NCBI GenBank assembly: GCA_054600435.1 | Contig: BAAIJX010000002.1 | Location: forward strand, 806,001-870,000 | Direction of reading: 5' to 3' | DNA length: 64,000 bases | Origin: Neophaeotheca triangularis | Lineage: Eukaryota | Part shown: one piece after another, positions 58,289-64,000 of the stretch | Position numbering within the stretch: position 1 is the stretch's first letter | Layout: every line of letters starts with the position of its first letter | The notes under the pieces: model-generated | What the model saw: the letters and a program-made list of their open reading frames with translations, nothing else | Databases searched by the model: none | Told to the model about the DNA's origin: nothing | Made by a program: the position numbers and the translations under genes

Positions 58289-61200
58289 ATGGTGACTCCA
58301 ATCAGACAAACACTCGAAACGAAGCTCCTCAACCGAGAGCTTTACAACTCAGGCGTACGAGGCCACTACCATCGATCCCTCTACAGCGACCGCCGGCTGA
58401 TCAACAACCTCGACATCGTCAACGAGCTCGAAGGCCACTCAGGATGCGTCAACGCGCTCTCATGGAGCAAATCCGGCAACCTCCTGGCCTCGGGCTCCGA
58501 CGACCAGCACATCAACATCCACACCTACCAGCCCCACGACAGCGACGAACATTTTCGTCTTTCTGCTACTGTGGCCACGGGTCATACGCAAAACATCTTC
58601 TCTGTCAAGTTCATGCCGCATAGCGACGACAGGACGGTCATTAGCGCGGCGGGCGACGGTGAGGTCCGCGTTTTCGATCTCGAGCACTCGGGTGCCACCA
58701 CTACCCCTTCCACCAGCTCTGCCCGGGCTTCCACAAGGCGACGCATGGGTAGAGATGCCCTGTACGCCAATGCTCGCTACCTGACCGACGGCGACACCGA
58801 CTGCCGCGTTTACCGCAGTCACGGCGACCGTGTCAAGCGCATCGTTACCGAGTCCTCGCCGCACCTGTTCCTGACTTGCTCCGAAGACGGCGAAGTGCGG
58901 CAATGGGACTTAAGGCAACCTAGCTCTGCGTACCCTTCACCTCGAGACAGCGACGATGTCCCACCTCCGCTCATCAGCTACAAACGCTACCATCTCGACT
59001 TGAACAGCATCTCCTGCTCACCAAGCCAACCGCATTATATCGCCCTAGGCGGCGCGCATCTACACGCTTTCCTACATGACCGACGAATGAGCGGGCGAGA
59101 CCTATTACGGGAAAGAGGTGCTACACTGTCGCCTGCTGATAGGCAGTCGGATAAGGAAGAGGAGGGAATGGCTTCGGCGACGCAGTGTGTGCGAAAGTTT
59201 GCACCGAGCGGGCAAGAGCGGATGAAGAGGACGCAGAGTGGGCATATCACAGCTTTGAAGATTAGTGATGCCAGGCCGGATGAGATGATCGTCAGCTGGA
59301 GTGGGGACAATATCTACAGCTTTGACCTGGTGCAAAGTCCTGACGCTGGGGAGGTGGAGGCGGAGGGTGGGGCGAGTAGCAGTGGAGGTAGGAGAGTCAA
59401 AGGCGCGGATACGGAAAGGAAGCGGAAGAGAATGGCAGGAGGTGGGAGTGCTGGATCTGTGGGAGAGGACGCTGCCAGTCGAGGGACTCCTGCTCCCAGG
59501 ACTGAGAGTCCGACTGACGGGGATGCGGCCTTAAGAATACGCTATCAAAACGGCCAAAGCGAGGACGTTCCCCTCGCCGCTCCCCGACGCCTCACCCAAG
59601 AGCAACAAGAGGCTCGCAGAATAGCACAAGCAACCCAAGATCTCCGCCAGAAGCTCTCCACCTCCCCTCCAGAACCTCGAGAACCCCACTTCAGCCATAT
59701 TTTCCACCAAGCCACCAAGCTCCTCCAAACCATGGACGAAACAATGCGCGAATGGCGCTATCCGCTGGCCCCAACCCCCCAAACCGTCGCACAGCAACAA
59801 ACCCTCCGCCGCCACCGCGAAAACGCCCGCCGTTTCGTCCAAGCCACCGGTGTTCTCAGCCGCGTTCTCGGCGGTTCAACCCCTTCTCACGACATCTCCT
59901 CTTTCACCCGCGTGCACAACCGCTCCAACGACCTCCCTCCCGACCGCCACCAGCGTTTCGTCTTCGACTTCGTGGCTGCGATCTGTCTTTGGCTGGATTC
60001 AGGTCCCGGACGTTTGATAGAGGGGTTCACGAGATCGGCTTCGACGCCTCCAGCTACTGCGGAGCTGCACGCGCTGGTTATTGCTGAAGATGAAGCGGGG
60101 CCAGAAGCGATGGATGAGGTTTTCGTGCCGTATTTGCTCGGTTTGGCTAGCGAAAGTGTAGTGAGGGATCCCGATGCCAATCGGTTCTTGCTTGACGATA
60201 TTCAGGAGGGGCGGCTTTTTGCTACGGAGGGGGAGGCTGTGGATGCTTTTGCTCGGGCGGTTGGGAGGCCTTTTGCGGATTTGAGTGGGGAGGGGGGTGG
60301 TGGGAGTGGGATGGAAGGGTTTCAGGACCGTGCGGAGGCGGTCAGATTTTGGGGGTTGAAGGTCGCGAGAGCGATGTTGTTGGGAGTTTCGGAGGAGTTG
60401 GACGTTGCCGTTTTGGACAAGGATTTTGGGGGTGTGGGGAGGAGAGTTGGGGAATCTCTTGGTGGGCAGGAGGAGGAAGTGGGGGTTACGGGTGTGAGTT
60501 TGCGAGACAGGTCGGCGGAGGAGGAAGAGATTGGTGCCGGCGTTCTGGCCGAGGAGATGGATGTGCGCGAAACAGACGACGAGGATGAAGACGAAGCTAG
60601 CGCCAGCGACCATGACGACGACGACGTCTCCTCCTCTCCCGACATCTCTTCCGACGAAGACGAAGATGAAGATGACGAAGAAGACGGCGTCCCGACCTCC
60701 GGAATTAGACGCTTCCTCTACCGCTCCGCCTTTGAACGCAGCAAACACAAAGAGCGCGTCGCCCTGCACACCCCGTGCTCTGCTTCCACTCGCGTCTACT
60801 CGGGCCACCTTAACTCCCGCACCGTCAAAGACGTAAACTTCTTCGGCCCAAACGACGACTACGTCATCTCCGGCTCCGACGACGGTAACTTCTTTCTCTG
60901 GGACCGCCAAACGGCCCAACTCGTCAATGTCCTAGAGGGGGACGGGGAAGTCGTGAATGTGCTCCAGGGTCATCCTTATGAAACCATGCTGGCCGTGAGC
61001 GGTATCGACCATAGCGTCAAGATCTTCTCGCCCGATGGGAGAGCCAGGGAGGACGCGAGGATGGGGAGACGCGGCGTCAGAGCCGCCGATGTTAGCGATT
61101 ATTCCAGTATTGCTTGGCCCCATCGCCTGCGAACGTCCCGGAGAAGGGGATCGGGCGCTGCGACTAGTGAGCCTGCTGTTCCATCCGAAACTTCCGATCC

Positions 61201-61489
61201 CAACTCCCACGACGCCGACAACGATGATGATGATAATGCTGACGACGATTACGACGACTCCCACGTGGCGGAAAATGGTCTCCCGAGCCGTCGCCGGATG
61301 CACAAAATGTACGAGATTGTGGCGCAGAATGACGCACAGCGGCGTGGTGCTGGCGGTGGTGGGTTGGATGACGATGGCGACGAGGGTGCTTATATTACGG
61401 TACGTGACGTGCAGTCTTTGCTTGCTTTGCTGGCGGGGAGGTTGGGTTTTTCTGCCGGTGGGGGAGGGGGGTTTACCAGGGTTGAGTAG
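58289..61489 (+). CDS. WD40 protein of the DCAF6/DCAF8/WDTC1 (CUL4-DDB1 receptor) type; possible alternative last exon 61708-61788
   Basis: LEGHSGCVNALSW...LASGSDD, TGHTQNIFSVKF, SEDGEVRQWDLR (WDxR), YSGHLNSRTVKDVNF, SGSDDGNFFLWD, HPYETMLAVSGID. Confidence 0.9.
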   Translation: MVTPIRQTLETKLLNRELYNSGVRGHYHRSLYSDRRLINNLDIVNELEGHSGCVNALSWSKSGNLLASGSDDQHINIHTYQPHDSDEHFRLSATVATGHTQNIFSVKFMPHSDDRTVISAAGDGEVRVFDLEHSGATTTPSTSSARASTRRRMGRDALYANARYLTDGDTDCRVYRSHGDRVKRIVTESSPHLFLTCSEDGEVRQWDLRQPSSAYPSPRDSDDVPPPLISYKRYHLDLNSISCSPSQPHYIALGGAHLHAFLHDRRMSGRDLLRERGATLSPADRQSDKEEEGMASATQCVRKFAPSGQERMKRTQSGHITALKISDARPDEMIVSWSGDNIYSFDLVQSPDAGEVEAEGGASSSGGRRVKGADTERKRKRMAGGGSAGSVGEDAASRGTPAPRTESPTDGDAALRIRYQNGQSEDVPLAAPRRLTQEQQEARRIAQATQDLRQKLSTSPPEPREPHFSHIFHQATKLLQTMDETMREWRYPLAPTPQTVAQQQTLRRHRENARRFVQATGVLSRVLGGSTPSHDISSFTRVHNRSNDLPPDRHQRFVFDFVAAICLWLDSGPGRLIEGFTRSASTPPATAELHALVIAEDEAGPEAMDEVFVPYLLGLASESVVRDPDANRFLLDDIQEGRLFATEGEAVDAFARAVGRPFADLSGEGGGGSGMEGFQDRAEAVRFWGLKVARAMLLGVSEELDVAVLDKDFGGVGRRVGESLGGQEEEVGVTGVSLRDRSAEEEEIGAGVLAEEMDVRETDDEDEDEASASDHDDDDVSSSPDISSDEDEDEDDEEDGVPTSGIRRFLYRSAFERSKHKERVALHTPCSASTRVYSGHLNSRTVKDVNFFGPNDDYVISGSDDGNFFLWDRQTAQLVNVLEGDGEVVNVLQGHPYETMLAVSGIDHSVKIFSPDGRAREDARMGRRGVRAADVSDYSSIAWPHRLRTSRRRGSGAATSEPAVPSETSDPNSHDADNDDDDNADDDYDDSHVAENGLPSRRRMHKMYEIVAQNDAQRRGAGGGGLDDDGDEGAYITVRDVQSLLALLAGRLGFSAGGGGGFTRVE

Positions 61490-62041
61490 GGGGTTAGGGT
61501 CCAGGGTGGTGAAGTGGACTATGGAGGGTTGGCATCGCGAGTCAAGAGGAAAGTTTTCGGAAACGTCTCCTTGCTTGAGGGCTCTCTGTCTTGGTGGGTT
61601 GGTCTGGTCTTCTGAGCCGAAAATTCGAACACATTGGCTTGGGAGAGGCAACAAATGAAAAAAAAAAAAATAGACTGCTCTCACGCTGACTTCCGCTGTT
61701 TTGGTAGATTCCCTCCCGGCACGCGCAATTGCTCGCCCTATTGTTTGGGGGGTTGGGGAATACGGGTGCGTTGCCGGATTTTGATTAGGTGGTCGTGATG
61801 CAGTCGCAGTATTGTAGATGAGAATCTATAGCGCTACAGCTGAACCTAAGGGGCTGTGATGTCCAGCTATCGTTTACACTGTTGAACCTCTAATCGGACT
61901 TGACGGTTTCTATAACAATTCAGAGTAGGATTCTATATCTCCACTACTTGTTAAAAGACGTACATCGTCAAGCTAAGGTATCGTTTACACTCCGCAATCG
62001 AACCCTTACTCGTCCTCGGGCGGTTTCCGTACCAAGTCAAC

Positions 62042-63770
62042 TCACAATACAATCCTCGTAGATAGAACCGGCGATCCCGGTGCAAACGGAAACCGCACAT
62101 AGCGCAGCACGATCTCCGCGCCTCCCTCATCCAAATCCGCGGAGATTTTCCGCACGCGCTGGCACTCGGGCACCACATGCCTCAGGCCAGCGGGAAGAGG
62201 CGATTCGTAATCGCGCCCCTCTTCGAGCTCGATGAGACGCCGTGCGCACAGTCCCGTGTAGCGGTCTTGCCAAGCGCCGTGGTAGTCGGAAGCTTGAAGC
62301 ATCAAGTCGACGGCGAGCCGGCGGATGGCGGGGTCGCGGCATCGGGAGGCTGTGAGGAACATTGGGGGGGTTATGCCGAGGTCGAAACTATAGAGGAGGC
62401 TGTAGTGCTGGGTTTTTGTCTTGGGGGAGGCGCTCCAGGTTTGGAGCAGGTTGCGGGCTGCGTTGACTGTGGCGGAGAAATGCGGGGTTAGGGTGTCGAA
62501 GATTGCTTCGTTGGGGGTGTGGAGGGTGCTGAGAATGATGACGGCGGTGTGGTAATAGAGGGTCAGGAGGTAGGAGGCAGCGGGTGAGGTGGCTTGGGCG
62601 CTTGGGTGGAAGTTGGATGCTAGAACTGCTTGCTTCCATTGTCGTAGGGCGTTGAGGTCCGGATGAGGCTGTGCGAAGGCTTCTGTCGAGTGAGAGTGGC
62701 TTGGGAGTGAAAATGCATGGCTCATGATGCTGTCGTATTCCGCACGCGCAGTGACGGGCGTGTCGTACGAGGCGGGAGCCGTCCGAATCGGCAGCGGCGA
62801 AGACGGTTGCGCCATATTGTGTATGTGGCGCCGGTCCATGCATAAGCAAAACTGGACTCTAAGTCGTTGTAAGATGGGGATGAGTGTACCGTTCACGAGA
62901 GCGGCGGTAGGTCCCGAATACTTTTTCAAGCGCGTGTAAGTGCTTGTTTGGACTTTCCACCACTGCACAAGGTTCAGTCCGGCAGTCATGTGCACAAGGC
63001 AAGCGTTGTCGTTTCTCTGGAATTGTTCAAAACAAACGAAAAGGATACATGACATGAAGGTCACGTCCGGTTCCAGGGACATTTTCAGAGGTTGTGCTCT
63101 AAGCAGCGAAAGCGCTTCTTGCTGGTGCTTGAGAGCGCGCATTCTAGCACCGTTGCTCACCAGTCTCGGGTCGCCATGGAAAAGGGCAAAGTAGTTTCCA
63201 CTTTCCAGACATTCATGCTGCGACGCAAGGGCAACGATCGCGTGCCTAATGATATCGTGAGCGTAGGCGAGTTGGACAAAGGGAGCAGCCCAGTCGTCGC
63301 CGTCTTGTTGACCGAAGATCCTCTTTGTAGTTCTAGTTCGAAAATGATGCAGAGCGCGGCGCTCTCGGTCGCACAGATGAGGCTCTGTGTTGATCATCTG
63401 GCTTTGCATGGGAGAGTAGCAGTAGCCCTCGCAAATGCGACCAGTGGTAATACATTGGCCGCACGCCGACTTCTTCTCGTCGCATTTGACTCGACTGGAT
63501 TGGCATTGCCGTCTTAGTACCTGGTTGCCAGAATAGTCACGTGGGAGATATCGGTACAGCCTTACCGGGATATGGAGAGCGCAAACAAGGTCAGCTTAGC
63601 TTTCTTCCATTTTCTGCAAACAAAGGACACTGGAGGGGCTGGAGGGACTGGGGGGCATGCGTGGCGGACAGGGCACGACTGACTTACTTGCACGTCAAGC
63701 AACCCCCCCGGGCGCGGCCGGCGGAAGTTTTACGCGTTCCATTTCCACTTCCAATCCCCTTGGCTGGCAT
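62042..63770 (-). CDS. Zn(II)2Cys6 transcription factor; exon 63770-63688, probable microexon 63571-63566 and exon 63494-62042
   Basis: Exon 1 ends RARGGCLTCK at GTAAGT. The last exon begins RVKCDEKKSACGQCITTGRICEGY. Body has IRHAIVALASQH, CILFVCFEQ, SRCRDPAIRRLAVDL. Confidence 0.88.
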
Positions 63771-64000
63771 TGCTAACCCGCCCTATATCACTATCTCGCT
63801 GGATGAGCAGGGATGAGGAAGGAATACCATATCAAAGAAATATTCGACTCAGGCGCTGAAGTAACATAGAGAAGGCGGCTAAGGTAAGCGGGATATATGA
63901 CGCCGCTATTGTGATATGCAGCGGCACGAACTCGATTGATTGATTACTAAGGACTAAACTAGGTGCTTTGCAGCAAAGCCTGTAAAGACAGATTGCGGCT

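Noticed and set aside
62042..63770. Zn2Cys6 factor as regulator of the peroxisomal cluster
   Set aside because: 10 kb away with unrelated genes between, and it does not look like FarA/FarB.
1..64000. Transposons, CRISPR arrays, tRNA and rRNA genes
   Set aside because: No transposase, RT or integrase motifs, terminal repeats, spaced repeats or RNA-gene signatures seen by eye; tRNAscan, Infernal and RepeatMasker would be needed to exclude them.

Overview
Gene-dense, euchromatic 64-kb window from a filamentous ascomycete. Evidence: short GT-AG introns with CTRAC branch sites, a Zn2Cys6 factor and a Clr5 domain; a Dothideomycete origin is a guess. I can support about 25 protein-coding genes. Housekeeping genes are NAT3, POB3, SAR1, DPM2 (absent from the ORF track), a Tho1-like SAP protein, a BCAS3-like protein and a DCAF-like WD40 protein. 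There are also an MFS transporter, a P450, several transcription factors and three large low-complexity orphan proteins. I saw no rRNA, tRNA, CRISPR array or recognisable transposon. The most notable structure is a four-gene block at 44.8-51.8 kb: acyl-CoA ligase, acyl-CoA oxidase, enoyl-CoA isomerase/hydratase and lipase-like hydrolase. They form two divergent pairs, all four end in PTS1-like tripeptides (PKL, AKL, AKI, ARL), and both shared promoters carry ACCGAGGATA, which contains the FarA/FarB core CCGAGG. This suggests a co-regulated peroxisomal acyl-catabolism cluster; I cannot confirm its novelty without searches. Splicing oddities include a start codon split by an intron, a 6-nt microexon with a non-AG acceptor, paralogous alternative C-termini and a possible 23-nt intron. 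All family assignments come from motif recognition, not from database searches.
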